Source: Methanobacteriota archaeon (GTDB taxonomy: Archaea; Thermoplasmatota; Thermoplasmata; SG8-5; DAIRED01). From it: a stretch of 64,000 nucleotides of DNA. The notes beneath the pieces were generated by a model, which was not told where the DNA came from, searched no databases, and worked only from the letters and a program-made list of their open reading frames with translations. The translations under genes and the position numbers were made by a program. Location of the stretch: the NCBI GenBank assembly GCA_043799545.1, contig JAZDNO010000005.1, positions 88,313 to 152,312 of the forward strand. Direction: 5' to 3'. Numbering within the stretch: the first letter of the stretch is position 1; every line of letters starts with the position of its first letter. Below are positions 47,426 to 57,855 of this stretch, in pieces.

Positions 47426-47971
47426 ATGGGCGGAATAGTCAAAATCGGCATCACTGGGTTGCCGAGCGCGGGCAAAACCCAGACCCTTATTAAAATCATA
47501 GAAATGCTTGAGGCGGAAGGCAGAACAATAGGCGGCATGATAACGGAGCCCATAATCCAAAAGGGCCGGCGCGCCGGGTTTTACGTCGTGGACTGGGCCA
47601 CGAAGGAGAAGAAGGTCTTCGCCCACACGAACATAGAGTCCAACATAATGGTCGGCAAATACGGGGTCAAGATAGAGGCGCTGGAGACCGTTGGGGTCCA
47701 GGCCATCAGGGGCGCGGCGGAGAAATGCGAGATAATAGTCATCGACGAGGTCGGCAAGATGGAGGTGGAGTCGGAGCTCTTCATCGCCGCCGTGAAGGAC
47801 GCGCTCGACGTGGAGAAGCCGATGATAATCACGCTCCATAAAAAATCCCGCAACCCGCTCCTCCAGGACATCCGCAGGCGCGACGACATACGGATACTCG
47901 AGGTTACGCCAGTGAACAGGAACCTCCTGCCGTACAAGGTCGTCAAGCTTTTCAAGGGCGAGCTCCTGTGA
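47426..47971 (+). CDS. NTPase (THEP1/NTPase_1 family)
   Basis: TGLPSAGKT, GKYGV, IDEVGKME. Confidence 0.92.
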   Translation: MGGIVKIGITGLPSAGKTQTLIKIIEMLEAEGRTIGGMITEPIIQKGRRAGFYVVDWATKEKKVFAHTNIESNIMVGKYGVKIEALETVGVQAIRGAAEKCEIIVIDEVGKMEVESELFIAAVKDALDVEKPMIITLHKKSRNPLLQDIRRRDDIRILEVTPVNRNLLPYKVVKLFKGELL

Positions 47972-49059
47972 GCCTCAGGCTGCTTAAGGAGGGCGCAGTT
48001 GAATTCTATGCCGAGCCCGCCGGCACGACGGTAGGTCCGGCATCCAGCGATTCACCCGTTTTCTACAACCCCGCGATGAGGCACTCCCGCGACGTGTCCG
48101 TGTGCCTTTGCGGCGCGCTCGGCTTCGCTGCCGGAAAGCGCCTGCTGGACGGGATGGCCGCGAGCGGGGTCAGGGGCCTCAGGCTCGCGGTGGAGGCGTG
48201 TCCAGGGGCCGAGGTCACAATCAACGACCGCGACGACGAGGCGTTCGAGGCAATCGGGCGCGGAATCGAGAGGACCGGCGCATCGAACGCGGTCGCGTCC
48301 AACGAGGACCTGCGCCACCTTCTTCACCGCGGCAGATACGATTACGTGGATGTGGACCCTTTCGGCAGCCCGGTCCCGTTCGTGGACGCAGCCATTCGCA
48401 GCTGCAAGAAGATGGCGGTGCTGGCCGTGACCGCGACGGACACGGCGGCCCTGTCCGGGACGTTCCCCCGGACGTGCGAGAGGCGATACATGGCGCGCTC
48501 GTTGCTCAACGAGTGCGCGCACGAGCTTGGGGCGAGGTTGCTCGCGGGTTTTGTGGTGCGCCAGGGGGCAGTGCACGACATTGCGGTGCGGCCTCTGCTG
48601 TGCTACTCCAGGGAGCACTACTTCCGCTGTTATTTTCAAGTCCGGGCGGGTGCCGGTCGCGCCGACGCCTTGCTGACCCAGGCAGGCTATGCAAATTTCG
48701 ACCCGGATGGGGAGCGCTGGACATCGAAACACCCGGAGGCGAAGCGGTGGGCGGGCCCGTTGTGGTCGGGAGAAATGTTCGACCCGGATTTGCTCGACGC
48801 GATGGTTGGATTCGAATCTGGCTCGGAGATAGAAATATCCAAGGACCTCCGTTTGTGGCGCGCCGAGTCCGGCGGCCCGGCGTACCACAGGGACGTCGCC
48901 GAGCTTTCGCGCAGGTTCAAGACCTCGCAGCCGAGGATGGACAGATTGCTGGAAAGGCTCAGAGGGGACGGATATTTCGCAGAGCGCACGTCGTTCGCAC
49001 CCACGGGGATACGGACGGACGCGACTACGGAGGAACTGCGGTTCCTCTTCTCCGAATGA
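47968..49059 (+). CDS. trm1: tRNA (guanine26-N2)-dimethyltransferase
   Basis: VFYNPAM..SRD, ASGVRGLR, DVDPFGSP, VTATD, ELGARLL. Confidence 0.93.
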   Translation: MSLRLLKEGAVEFYAEPAGTTVGPASSDSPVFYNPAMRHSRDVSVCLCGALGFAAGKRLLDGMAASGVRGLRLAVEACPGAEVTINDRDDEAFEAIGRGIERTGASNAVASNEDLRHLLHRGRYDYVDVDPFGSPVPFVDAAIRSCKKMAVLAVTATDTAALSGTFPRTCERRYMARSLLNECAHELGARLLAGFVVRQGAVHDIAVRPLLCYSREHYFRCYFQVRAGAGRADALLTQAGYANFDPDGERWTSKHPEAKRWAGPLWSGEMFDPDLLDAMVGFESGSEIEISKDLRLWRAESGGPAYHRDVAELSRRFKTSQPRMDRLLERLRGDGYFAERTSFAPTGIRTDATTEELRFLFSE

Positions 49060-49117
49060 GCGGGGCTTTAGCAAAATATTCTAACGCGGAGACCGATGCG
49101 GGTGCGGAGGCATAAGG

Positions 49118-49576
49118 ATGGCATCGAAAGGTCCAGCGGACGAGATAGGATATTGCGGGCTGTACTGCGCGGAGTGCCCGAGCCACACCGGGAAGATAGC
49201 GGATCTGGCGCGCGACCTCAGGAAGGAGCTGCGGGCTATGCGCTACGAGAGGGCCGCGGAGCAGCTGTCCAAGATTTCGTTTTTCAAAGCCCTCGAGAAA
49301 TACCCCGATTGCTACGAGGTTCTCGGCCAGCTGGTAAAGATGCGCTGCAACAAGGTCTGCAAGACCGGCGGGGGGAATCCGTCGTGCAAGGTGAGGGTTT
49401 GCGCTCGCAAGAGCGGGTACGAAGGATGCTGGGAGTGCGCGGAGTTCGAGAAGTGCGGTAAGATGGACTTCCTCAAGGGCGTGCACGGGTGCGCGAACGT
49501 GACGAACCTGAGGGCGATAAAGAAGGGCGGCGTGCCGAAGTTCTTGAAGGGGAAGAAGTACTGGTACTGCGATTGA
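49118..49576 (+). CDS. DUF3795 Cys-rich protein
   Basis: IGYCGLYCAECP, C...C..GGG...C.VR.C...GY.GCWEC. Confidence 0.85.
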   Translation: MASKGPADEIGYCGLYCAECPSHTGKIADLARDLRKELRAMRYERAAEQLSKISFFKALEKYPDCYEVLGQLVKMRCNKVCKTGGGNPSCKVRVCARKSGYEGCWECAEFEKCGKMDFLKGVHGCANVTNLRAIKKGGVPKFLKGKKYWYCD

Positions 49577-49629
49577 ATATTTGAATTTCAGTTGTATTCA
49601 TTAACGCTTGAAATCCCCCCGATTATAAG

Positions 49630-51351
49630 TTATCTCGGTTCGAAGTCCGCCACCGGGCACGGGCTCATGCATACCAAACACTTCTTGCATTTATCAACAT
49701 CAAGCCGCACCTTTCCCCCGCGCAGCTCCAGCGCCCCCTCCGCGCACCTCGCCACACATATCCCGCAGGCCTGGCAGTGGAGCGCCTTGACGACGAGCTT
49801 TTTTCCGTCCAACGATTCTGCGCTCCCGTCCGTGATGAACAGCATCTCCGCGACACGCGCTTTTTCCTCGTCCGTCATCGCCTTCTCCGCGCGCGGCTTC
49901 GCCTCTCCCCGCATCGGCCCCTTGCACAAGGCCGCCATTTCCTGTGGCGCGCCGTCCTTCCAGCGCCAGAGCCCGAGCTTCACCCAATCATCTGGGTAGC
50001 CGTTCTCCGACGCAAAGCGTTTCAACTCCTCCGTGTAGCGCCCGTAGCCATTGTACTGCACCCGCATCGCCTCCACGTCCGCCAGGTCCGCGGACGGGCA
50101 GGTCCAGCAGCCGATGCGAGGCATCCCGCGCTCGTACCATACGTTATAGGGCGCCCCCTGCTGGAAGATGTAGAGCCAGACGTGCAGCGCCGTCCATTCC
50201 TGTATCGGCGACGCCGCATCCTGGCCGGGCACCCAGGGGTTCATCCAGACGCTCCCCTTCTTCGAGCGCTGCTCCGATTCGTAGCGCCTCTGGCCTATGA
50301 GGGAAAGCACCCCTCCGGGGAACCTTCTGCGGATGATGCGCGACGTGGGGCCGAGCTTGCAGGTCTTACAACACCAGCGGAAATCCTTCGCTGGCGGGCC
50401 GAAATGGGACATGCCGTTCCAGAACGAGTCCGGGGCGCGCTCCTCGACAAGCTCCAGCCCGTATTTCGCGGCGACGTCGTGGACGTGCGCAACGGTCTCC
50501 GGAAGCTCAATCCCGGTATCAACGAAAATCATCGGCGGCTCCAGCCCCGATTCCAGGGCGAGCAGCAGCACCGCCAGGCTGTCCTTCCCCCCGCTGAACG
50601 AGACTGCGATTGGCTTTCCGCGATTGACAAGCCCGGTGATGAATTTTCTTGCGGTGGCGCGCCTTTTATCCAGGGCCTTCCTGCTGGCCTTGACCGCATT
50701 CGCCCAAGTCTGCCCCGCCGGGAGGATTTTTGGCTCCGTTGGCACCTCCGCCCAGCGGTTTTTCACGGCCGGGCCTCTCCCGCCGACCATACCCGAGCCA
50801 GGCATTCTCGACGTTCCAACGGAGAGAGCGAGCTTGTCCTTCGTCACCACCAAGACCTCGTCGCCAGGCGCAATCGCCGGGTCGCAGTTCAGAACGCCGA
50901 CGGCCATTGCGCTCGCCCCCTTCAGCATCGGGCCGACGGCCCCGTCGTCTATGACAACGAACGACTTTGTGGCGATTTTAGCAATCCTTCTGGCCCCGGG
51001 CATCCTCAGCAGCATCTTCCAGCCTTGTCCAGGATCGAACCGCATCATCGCGACGGGCTCGCCGTCGACGATTACCTCGTCCATCGCATCCAAAGCGGGA
51101 ACTCTGTTCAACAGGGCTAGTTTGCCGTCGGGAACGAGGGCGGCGCCGCATCCCGTACCAAACTGTGCGTCGGTTGTCGCGCGCACGCGGAGAACGTCGC
51201 ATTCGAAAGCCGGGCGGGCATCGCCCGGAGGGGTGACGGCGACGGGAAAAGTATCCGAGTCACACACGCCGCATTTTCCGCTCTCCAGAACCGGCAGGTT
51301 GCAGCTGCAGCACCAGCGCAGGTGGATGCGTCCGAGCCTGACCGCTGGCAC
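49630..51351 (-). CDS. PAPS-reductase-family protein with N-terminal zinc ribbon, PUA domain and C-terminal 4Fe-4S
   Basis: FSGGKDS, DTG.E.PET, RWCCKTCKLGP, PRIGCWTCP, CQACGIC...CKKCLVC. Confidence 0.88.
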   Translation of the reverse strand: MPAVRLGRIHLRWCCSCNLPVLESGKCGVCDSDTFPVAVTPPGDARPAFECDVLRVRATTDAQFGTGCGAALVPDGKLALLNRVPALDAMDEVIVDGEPVAMMRFDPGQGWKMLLRMPGARRIAKIATKSFVVIDDGAVGPMLKGASAMAVGVLNCDPAIAPGDEVLVVTKDKLALSVGTSRMPGSGMVGGRGPAVKNRWAEVPTEPKILPAGQTWANAVKASRKALDKRRATARKFITGLVNRGKPIAVSFSGGKDSLAVLLLALESGLEPPMIFVDTGIELPETVAHVHDVAAKYGLELVEERAPDSFWNGMSHFGPPAKDFRWCCKTCKLGPTSRIIRRRFPGGVLSLIGQRRYESEQRSKKGSVWMNPWVPGQDAASPIQEWTALHVWLYIFQQGAPYNVWYERGMPRIGCWTCPSADLADVEAMRVQYNGYGRYTEELKRFASENGYPDDWVKLGLWRWKDGAPQEMAALCKGPMRGEAKPRAEKAMTDEEKARVAEMLFITDGSAESLDGKKLVVKALHCQACGICVARCAEGALELRGGKVRLDVDKCKKCLVCMSPCPVADFEPR

Positions 51352-51408
51352 GCTTACACCTCAAAGGCCACGGTCTAGGTCTCCCATCTCGATATTGTGC
51401 GAGCTAGC

Positions 51409-52146
51409 TCACTCGCTCTCAATCCTCGGCGCGAGCAGGTACTGCCCCTCTCCTTTGCCCGAGGCTATTGTGAAGTCTATCTTGACCGGGTAGTCGTTCC
51501 CCATCTGCATCATTAGAGTCGGGGCGCTCTGGATGGCCTTTATCATGTTCGAGAAGTAGTCCAGCGGAAAGAGCGAGCGTGCGGATTCCTTGCATTCCAG
51601 CAGTTCGAGCGCGTCCTTCGGCAGCTTGAGGTCCACGTGGTCGGTGTCCCCCTCGGCGACGACTTCGAAACTGTCTGGGTTGGCAACGAGGGCTAGGTGG
51701 TCCGATATAGACTCGGACGCCCGTATGCCCTGGCGCAGTTGCTCAGTGCTGATGACAATCTTGACCGGGAGGTTGAGGTTCGGGACCTTGGGGTCGGACA
51801 TCCCGGCGGGGTCCACGAGGGCCATCGTCCTGTTGATGTTGCCCACCTTGAACTGGAGGACGTTCTTCTCCTCGTTGTGCTCTATGGAGATTATGTCGCC
51901 CGGCTTGGCCAGCCTCAGGACTTCCTTGACCTTGTCCAAGTCAACGCCCAGCTCCGTTTCGGTGGCGCTGTATTCCTCGAAGGCGTCCTTCTTCAATGTG
52001 ATGTCCACCATCGCGACGTGCGCCGGGTCGACGGCCTTGACGACGAGCTTGCTCTTCGTCGCCGTGAACTTGGCCTCGTCGACCAGGACGGACACGATGT
52101 CCACAAGCTCTTTCAGCACTTCTGGTTTAATCTTCGTCTTGAACAT
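51409..52146 (-). CDS. pcn: PCNA sliding clamp
   Basis: KAVDPAHVAMV, GNDYPVKI, YLLAPRIE. Confidence 0.97.
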   Translation of the reverse strand: MFKTKIKPEVLKELVDIVSVLVDEAKFTATKSKLVVKAVDPAHVAMVDITLKKDAFEEYSATETELGVDLDKVKEVLRLAKPGDIISIEHNEEKNVLQFKVGNINRTMALVDPAGMSDPKVPNLNLPVKIVISTEQLRQGIRASESISDHLALVANPDSFEVVAEGDTDHVDLKLPKDALELLECKESARSLFPLDYFSNMIKAIQSAPTLMMQMGNDYPVKIDFTIASGKGEGQYLLAPRIESE

Positions 52147-52250
52147 GCTCCCCCTCTTTATCGGTTGTAGGTGGTGAAGGAGGTATGGTTTATAAGGATT
52201 TCGTGGTGAGACCGCCAAATGATTTATAGGGGGGTGCACATCGAAGAGCG

Positions 52251-53189
52251 ATGCTTGATATCAGGCCTTATGCGAAAGGAACGGACGAGCCAATCCAGGT
52301 GCGTATATGCAACGAATGCTTCGCGAACGAGCCGGACTACGTCCCACTCACAGTCGAGGAGCTGAAGATTTTTCAGGAGGCTCCAGATGCCGACAACTCT
52401 GGCAAGTTAGTTGCCGAGTTGGATGGCGAGCCAATTGGATTTTGCAATGCACGCGTCGAGAAGAACAGTCCCGAGAAGAAGGGATTCATCCCAGATTTCG
52501 CGATACTGCCTCAGTACCGCAGAAAGGGTTATGGCAGGTTGCTATACGCGAAAGCGCTCGAATCCCTAACGGCACGAGGAATGGAATCTGTTGAAATCTG
52601 GATTTGGGACGGCGCCTGGCAAGCACGGGAATTCCTCGAATCACTGGGCTACGGGCTCGTCAGGACCTCCGGCATCATGGGAAGGCAGCTGGCTGCTCCG
52701 TTAAAAGATGCGCCATCGGTCGAGGGGGTCAACATTGTCTGCTCGGACCTTTCCGCTGGCGATTTGGCCATTCAGAACCGCCTGGACAACGAGGCGTTCA
52801 AGGAGCATTACAACTATCGCCCCCGAACGATGGAGGAGACAGAGTTTCTGCTTTTCAAAAACCCGGGGTTGGAACGGCCACGCATGTTCTTTGCTATGAT
52901 GGGTGGGGAGCCAGTCGGGTACACGATTGTCATAGAGGACACGAAGTGGCGGGAGCAAAAGGGTGAAATACGCGGCTGGATACTGGACATCGGCGTCCTA
53001 AAGTCGCACCGCGGCGGAGGAATAGGGGCCGCGCTGATGGCGTTCGGGTTAGGGGCGCTGAAAGACGCCGGGATGGCCGAAGCAGTGCTGGGCGTCGACG
53101 CGATGAACGAAACGGGGGCGCTCCGGCTCTACGAGAGGGCGGGTTTTAAGTTCAAGAGTCGATACCAGGCATACCTTAAAACAATCTGA
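52251..53189 (+). CDS. Tandem GNAT acetyltransferase
   Basis: Two acetyl-CoA motifs (ILPQYRRKGYG, VLKSHRGGGIG); ALRLYERAGF. Confidence 0.9.
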   Translation: MLDIRPYAKGTDEPIQVRICNECFANEPDYVPLTVEELKIFQEAPDADNSGKLVAELDGEPIGFCNARVEKNSPEKKGFIPDFAILPQYRRKGYGRLLYAKALESLTARGMESVEIWIWDGAWQAREFLESLGYGLVRTSGIMGRQLAAPLKDAPSVEGVNIVCSDLSAGDLAIQNRLDNEAFKEHYNYRPRTMEETEFLLFKNPGLERPRMFFAMMGGEPVGYTIVIEDTKWREQKGEIRGWILDIGVLKSHRGGGIGAALMAFGLGALKDAGMAEAVLGVDAMNETGALRLYERAGFKFKSRYQAYLKTI

Positions 53190-53234
53190 ATTCCAGGGCG
53201 CAACGTTATTCTACAATCCCGCAATGAGGGATAC

Positions 53235-53483
53235 ATGCGCTGCCGCATTTCCATCACTTTCGAGCTGGACTCGCCAGAGCAGGCCAAAGCCGTTGCAGCC
53301 GCGGTCAGAGTGGACGATGATTGTTACGTTAAAACGGGGGTCGAAGGGAAAACAGTCCGAGCGACCGCGGAGGCAGACAGCCCGAAGGCCCTGATGCACA
53401 CGCTCGACGACTACATCTCCTGCGCGTCCGTCGCCATCAAGGCTTCGTCCTCGCGGCCTGCCCGAGCCCCTCTCGGACCTTGA
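53235..53483 (+). CDS. pcc1: KEOPS complex subunit Pcc1
   Basis: Small alpha/beta protein: AVRVDD...AEADSPKALMHTLDDYISC. Confidence 0.8.
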   Translation: MRCRISITFELDSPEQAKAVAAAVRVDDDCYVKTGVEGKTVRATAEADSPKALMHTLDDYISCASVAIKASSSRPARAPLGP

Positions 53484-55401
53484 CCGCCATGCCCTTTTTA
53501 AAATCCAGCATCTCGTCTGGCGCCATCACGAGCTGCCCGGCGGCCAGGAACTCGTCTTTTTCAGTGACCACGATGCACTCGTCCCCCGGCCTGAGCCCGG
53601 GGTCGCAGGCCAGAATGAAGCCCGCGAAGGCGCTCTTGCCCTGGACTACGAACTCCGCCGCATCTTGATGCACGGCGACTCTCAGCCTCGGCGCGTCCGT
53701 CGCCCCGAACAAGATGTGCGCACCCTCCAGCTTCAAGGTGAACATGCCGTCTTCGGCGCGCATCGAGAGAACGTGGCGCTCGTCCAGATAGACGTTCCGT
53801 ATCTTTCCCGTGTTTTTGGAGGTGACCAGCCGGACCTTTCCATCCGTCAGCGCCGCGCCAGCGCCCTTCCCGAACTGGTAATCGGCCACTGCCGCCACGC
53901 GCTCGATGTCCAGATTCCTGTCTCTTCTCGGGTCGATTCTCGCCAGCGCTTCCAGCTTGCACTCCATGTCGCATACGACGAACTCCAGCGCTCCGCCGAA
54001 GCGTTCCCGGAACCCCTTCGACGACCCGCGCGCACGCTCCCGCGATTCTCCGTCCAGCATTTCCGGCACCATCGATTGCGCAATCGGGTAGACCTCGTCC
54101 AACCCTATCGGAACAGTGCCGAAGTACCCCTCCACCCCAATCTCGGCCCCACTGCACTGGACTATGCCCTCAATCATTCGGGCCCAGTCCCTGGAGTACG
54201 GCTTTCCCCTCTCGGGCAGCAATGCCATCGCCTTGGCATCGCCGGGGTGCCAGCGCTCGAACACGCGCGTTTCGAACCTCTTGACCGCGGGCCTCAGCCT
54301 CGATTCCGGTCCGAGATGGAAGAACGCGCCCGGCCTGCTTATGGGCTCATGTCTTTCCATGAAATCCGCGTGCTCGGGCAGAGCCCTCAGCGCATCCAGG
54401 AGCTGGGGGTGCGCCCTGGCGCGGTTCTCCGCAAGCTCCCACAGCCGGCCCTCGCGTATGGCCTCCCTCACGCGCCTGAGCTCTCCGAAGCTGACGTGCA
54501 AGTTGTGCTCGGCCAGGAGCCTGACCTTGTTCTCAGATTTTTCGACTTCCGATGGTGTGTGGGTAGAGCACATGGGGCACTCGCAGGGGAACTCCTTCAT
54601 GCCTGCCAGGTCGCGCGTGCCGTCGGGGAAGAGCATCCTGCCGTCCGCAGAGAACTTAGCGTATGAAGCGGAATCGAACATGTCGCAGCCAAGCAGGGCC
54701 AGCAGCGGAAATACCATCGGATGCCCCGCGCCGAAGGCGTGGACCGGCCGGGCCAGGGTGAGCCCCCTCTTAGCAGAAGCTACGGCGTGAACGAGGTCCG
54801 TGAATCGGTACGACTCCATCAGAGGGACTATCCCCCCGACGGGATGGATCTCGAAATCGAGCTTCGACATCTCATAGGCGCAGCTCTCGCGCAAGTCGCG
54901 GTAAACGCCGCCCTGTATCGGCCCGGCGAGGGCCATCTCCCCCTTAAGCCCGCAGGCCTCCCGTCCCCTGGCGAGGTTTTCTCCGACGGCATTCATCGCC
55001 ATCTGTTTGTCGTCTCCGGGCTCGGAGAAGATGTCCAGAATCGTCCCGATGTCCGAGCCTATGTCCCGCTGGAATTCCACAATATCTCGATTCGTAACAT
55101 CGACGCGCCCGTAAACGTGCGCCTGGAAAGTGCCCGAGTCCGTCATTATCGGCCCTTCGAAGTCAAGGAGGCCGTGCAGGCCTTCCGCCAGCGCGCGCTC
55201 CCTCAATTCAGGGGTGCGCCTGATGATGTAGCTGTTCGTGATAAAAGCCTGGCAGCCGAAGCGCTCCGCCATCTCCTTGGGGGGAACGAGAATCTTGTTG
55301 GGGTTGATGACTGGCAGCAGGGCCGGCGTTTCCAGCGTGCGCTTGCCCAGGGTCAGCCTGCCGATTCGGCCGAGGCCGTCGCGCTCCGTGACATCGAACA
55401 T
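53437..55401 (-). CDS. tgtA: Archaeosine tRNA-guanine(15) transglycosylase with PUA domain
   Basis: RDGLGRIG, ETPALLPVINP, MTDSGTFQ, HAFGAGHP, DMFDSASY, C.CP.C, C-terminal PUA. Confidence 0.96.
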   Translation of the reverse strand: MFDVTERDGLGRIGRLTLGKRTLETPALLPVINPNKILVPPKEMAERFGCQAFITNSYIIRRTPELRERALAEGLHGLLDFEGPIMTDSGTFQAHVYGRVDVTNRDIVEFQRDIGSDIGTILDIFSEPGDDKQMAMNAVGENLARGREACGLKGEMALAGPIQGGVYRDLRESCAYEMSKLDFEIHPVGGIVPLMESYRFTDLVHAVASAKRGLTLARPVHAFGAGHPMVFPLLALLGCDMFDSASYAKFSADGRMLFPDGTRDLAGMKEFPCECPMCSTHTPSEVEKSENKVRLLAEHNLHVSFGELRRVREAIREGRLWELAENRARAHPQLLDALRALPEHADFMERHEPISRPGAFFHLGPESRLRPAVKRFETRVFERWHPGDAKAMALLPERGKPYSRDWARMIEGIVQCSGAEIGVEGYFGTVPIGLDEVYPIAQSMVPEMLDGESRERARGSSKGFRERFGGALEFVVCDMECKLEALARIDPRRDRNLDIERVAAVADYQFGKGAGAALTDGKVRLVTSKNTGKIRNVYLDERHVLSMRAEDGMFTLKLEGAHILFGATDAPRLRVAVHQDAAEFVVQGKSAFAGFILACDPGLRPGDECIVVTEKDEFLAAGQLVMAPDEMLDFKKGMAVKVREGLGQAARTKP

Positions 55402-55570
55402 CGTACCTTGAAAGGTGTGGGGGATAAAAAGGGCGCGGCACCCGGTTGGAACGCCCATGCGGGGCATCGATGCCGGGGGCGGCGTTAAAAAATTATGACT
55501 GGACGGCGCACTCCGTGTCGACGAATCCATGGCAAACCTTCAAGTATCCCGAAATCGATTCGCCAGACCG

Positions 55571-56320
55571 ATGGCAAAAAGGAAGAAATCCAAGGCAGAG
55601 GTCCGGCAGGGCTCGACTAAAAGCCTGGCAAGACGATATTACATATGGATGCTGACGGTCGCCGTGGCCATCGTAGTCGTGACGGCGCTGTATTATCAGA
55701 TTCAGGACGATGGGGGGGGCGGGGGTAGCAACCGGAACCGCCTGGCAGACCCCAGTTTCGAGAACAGCCCGTCGGGATGGACCTACCTCTCTTGGTCCGA
55801 ATTCTGGATACCTTTCAGCATAAGCGACGGGGTATCATACAGCGGCGCACACTCGGCCCAGCTGACCATCCGGGCGACGCCTTATTCGAGAAACACGACG
55901 GTGTGCGGGGTATCGCAGGACATTGCGATAGGCGTCATGCCCGAGAAGATTGGCGGATACTACCAGGTCAGGAACTGGACTCGGGGGGCTGCAAAACAGT
56001 ACATTCAGTGTGTCGTCATGGCTTTCAACGCCACCGGCATGGAGTACCCAGTCCAGCTCAGGTACATCATGGCCGGTGCGAATGAGGCCCCATTCGAGCT
56101 CGGAAACGCCAAGTTCATATTCATAACGCAGAGCGAGCCCGTCGAAAATACCTGGGTCCGATTCGAGAGGAATCTGTGGCAGGACTATACGGAATACTGG
56201 GCTTTCGTCCCTTCGGACTTTACCTCCATGCGCGTGGCGTTCGAGGTCAGGTACGAGGATGTTCCCTACGACGTCGCCTCGGCGGACGTGTACTGGGACG
56301 ACGTGTACTTGGGCGGATGA
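55571..56320 (+). CDS. Membrane-anchored extracellular protein with probable carbohydrate-binding beta-sandwich
   Basis: Basic N-terminus, TM helix, Gly linker, NRLADPSFE...GW and YWDDVYL (CBM4/9-like ends). Confidence 0.7.
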   Translation: MAKRKKSKAEVRQGSTKSLARRYYIWMLTVAVAIVVVTALYYQIQDDGGGGGSNRNRLADPSFENSPSGWTYLSWSEFWIPFSISDGVSYSGAHSAQLTIRATPYSRNTTVCGVSQDIAIGVMPEKIGGYYQVRNWTRGAAKQYIQCVVMAFNATGMEYPVQLRYIMAGANEAPFELGNAKFIFITQSEPVENTWVRFERNLWQDYTEYWAFVPSDFTSMRVAFEVRYEDVPYDVASADVYWDDVYLGG

Positions 56321-56427
56321 AATTTACAATTGTTCGAATGCACAAAACCGATGGCAGGATTGCGTACATGAGCCAGGGCCCGAAGACGGGCCTCAACGGG
56401 GGCACATAAGCGATGGACAGCCGCGTT

Positions 56428-57807
56428 TCAGGGCGCCGGAGCGCCCTCTCCATCCTTCTTCGCCCTTTTTTCCAGGCGCCCGGCCAGATAAGCCTGTATC
56501 CCCTCATCCATGAACGTCTTGGTGAAGGAACAGAACGGCGAGGGGGCGTCCAGTTTGCCAGTATATGCGTACGAGTGCATCCGGCATCCTCCGCCGCAGA
56601 CCCTCAGCCACACGCATCCTCGGCAATCGGCAAGCCCCTCGATCTTGAGTGAATTCCTCCAAAGTTTTGAAGGCTCGGAGTTTTTCCATATCTCCTCAAG
56701 CGGGGATTCTTTGACGCCACCCAGGCGGAACTGGGGGAAGTGCGACGACTGACACGGATACACCGAACCGTCGGCGTCGATGCTCAGCGAATCGAGGCCA
56801 GCGCCGCAGGAGTAAGCGCCGTCGAACGTCCCGGCCATGAACGTCGACTGCGTCCCCTCGTTCTCCACCCTGATGTTTATCTTCGCCGCCGTCAAACGCG
56901 CGTGCATCTCTCTCCAGAACATCTCGAAGTCGCCTTCGTCCAGCATCAGCACCCTGTCGCCCTTCCCGAACGGCATCAGTATCCCGGTCTTGATGCACTG
57001 GATGGCATGGCGCTCGGCCACGTCGACGACGTGGAAGACGTCCCTGAGATTCTTTTTAGAGACAGTAGCGGAAATCTTCACGCGCGCCCCTGCGGCGGAC
57101 AGCAAGCGGATGGCTCGCAGCGCTTTTGAGTAACTCCCGCGCCCGCGCATCGCGTCATGCACCTCCTCCGTGCCGTCAAGGCTTACCTGCACCTCCACGA
57201 ACCGCTTGGCGATGTGGGGGGCGTTCTCCTCGGTGACGAGCGTGCCGTTCGTCGCCAGCCACATCCGGACCTCCCCCCCGTTGCGCCCCGTCGCCGCGGC
57301 ATAATCGCACAGTTCCCAAAAATCGGGATGGAGCATCGGTTCACCGCCCGTTATCGCTATCCCCTGCACCTTCCCGCCCAAGGCCCTCACTTGGTCTATG
57401 ACACCCTTCAGCGCATCCGTGGAAAGTTCTCCTTCCAGACCTTTGCCTGCTGAGAGGTAGCAGTAGCTGCATCCGAGGTTGCACCGCCTTGTAAGGTGCA
57501 GGTATGCGACATCGAGGTCGTGCGCCTTCGCGCCGATGGGAGCCCCCTCACTCTCGAGGAAGCCCTGACGATCGAGCAGCGCGAGCATGTTCTTTGCAAG
57601 AATCGCCGCCTTCTCCGGCGGCAGGCTATGCTTCTCGACAAGTTCGCGCGAGACGCCTTCAACCGTCCGCGTCCCGTCGAACAGGCGCATCGCGTCCAGA
57701 TCGGTTCGCGTGCCGGACCACCATCCAGGCTTGTGCGGGTTGAAGACGAAGTACTCGCCTTTGAACTCTCGCACCATGCAATCCGTGATGGCCTTGTGCC
57801 TCTCCAT
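56428..57807 (-). CDS. Radical SAM/SPASM peptide maturase with N-terminal PqqD/RRE-like domain
   Basis: CNLGCSYC, ITGGEP, SLDG; 7-Cys SPASM C-x12-G-x4-C...CxxC-x5-C-x3-C-x17-C; N-terminal FDGTRTVEGVSRELVEKH...LLDRQGFL wHTH; AGGTGA SD before ATG 57807. Confidence 0.92.
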   Translation of the reverse strand: MERHKAITDCMVREFKGEYFVFNPHKPGWWSGTRTDLDAMRLFDGTRTVEGVSRELVEKHSLPPEKAAILAKNMLALLDRQGFLESEGAPIGAKAHDLDVAYLHLTRRCNLGCSYCYLSAGKGLEGELSTDALKGVIDQVRALGGKVQGIAITGGEPMLHPDFWELCDYAAATGRNGGEVRMWLATNGTLVTEENAPHIAKRFVEVQVSLDGTEEVHDAMRGRGSYSKALRAIRLLSAAGARVKISATVSKKNLRDVFHVVDVAERHAIQCIKTGILMPFGKGDRVLMLDEGDFEMFWREMHARLTAAKINIRVENEGTQSTFMAGTFDGAYSCGAGLDSLSIDADGSVYPCQSSHFPQFRLGGVKESPLEEIWKNSEPSKLWRNSLKIEGLADCRGCVWLRVCGGGCRMHSYAYTGKLDAPSPFCSFTKTFMDEGIQAYLAGRLEKRAKKDGEGAPAP

Positions 57808-57855
57808 GCGTTCACCTAGAAACAATAAGATGTTAAGGGTTTTTGTGCTGTCCGA

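Noticed and set aside
53437-53483. 47-nt convergent overlap of pcc1 and tgtA
   Set aside because: Both overlapping tails are short and unstructured; ordinary genome compaction.
56368-56409. Tiny ORF MSQGPKTGLNGGT downstream of the rSAM as a second precursor
   Set aside because: Opposite strand, 13 aa, no SD and no modifiable Cys or aromatic residues.
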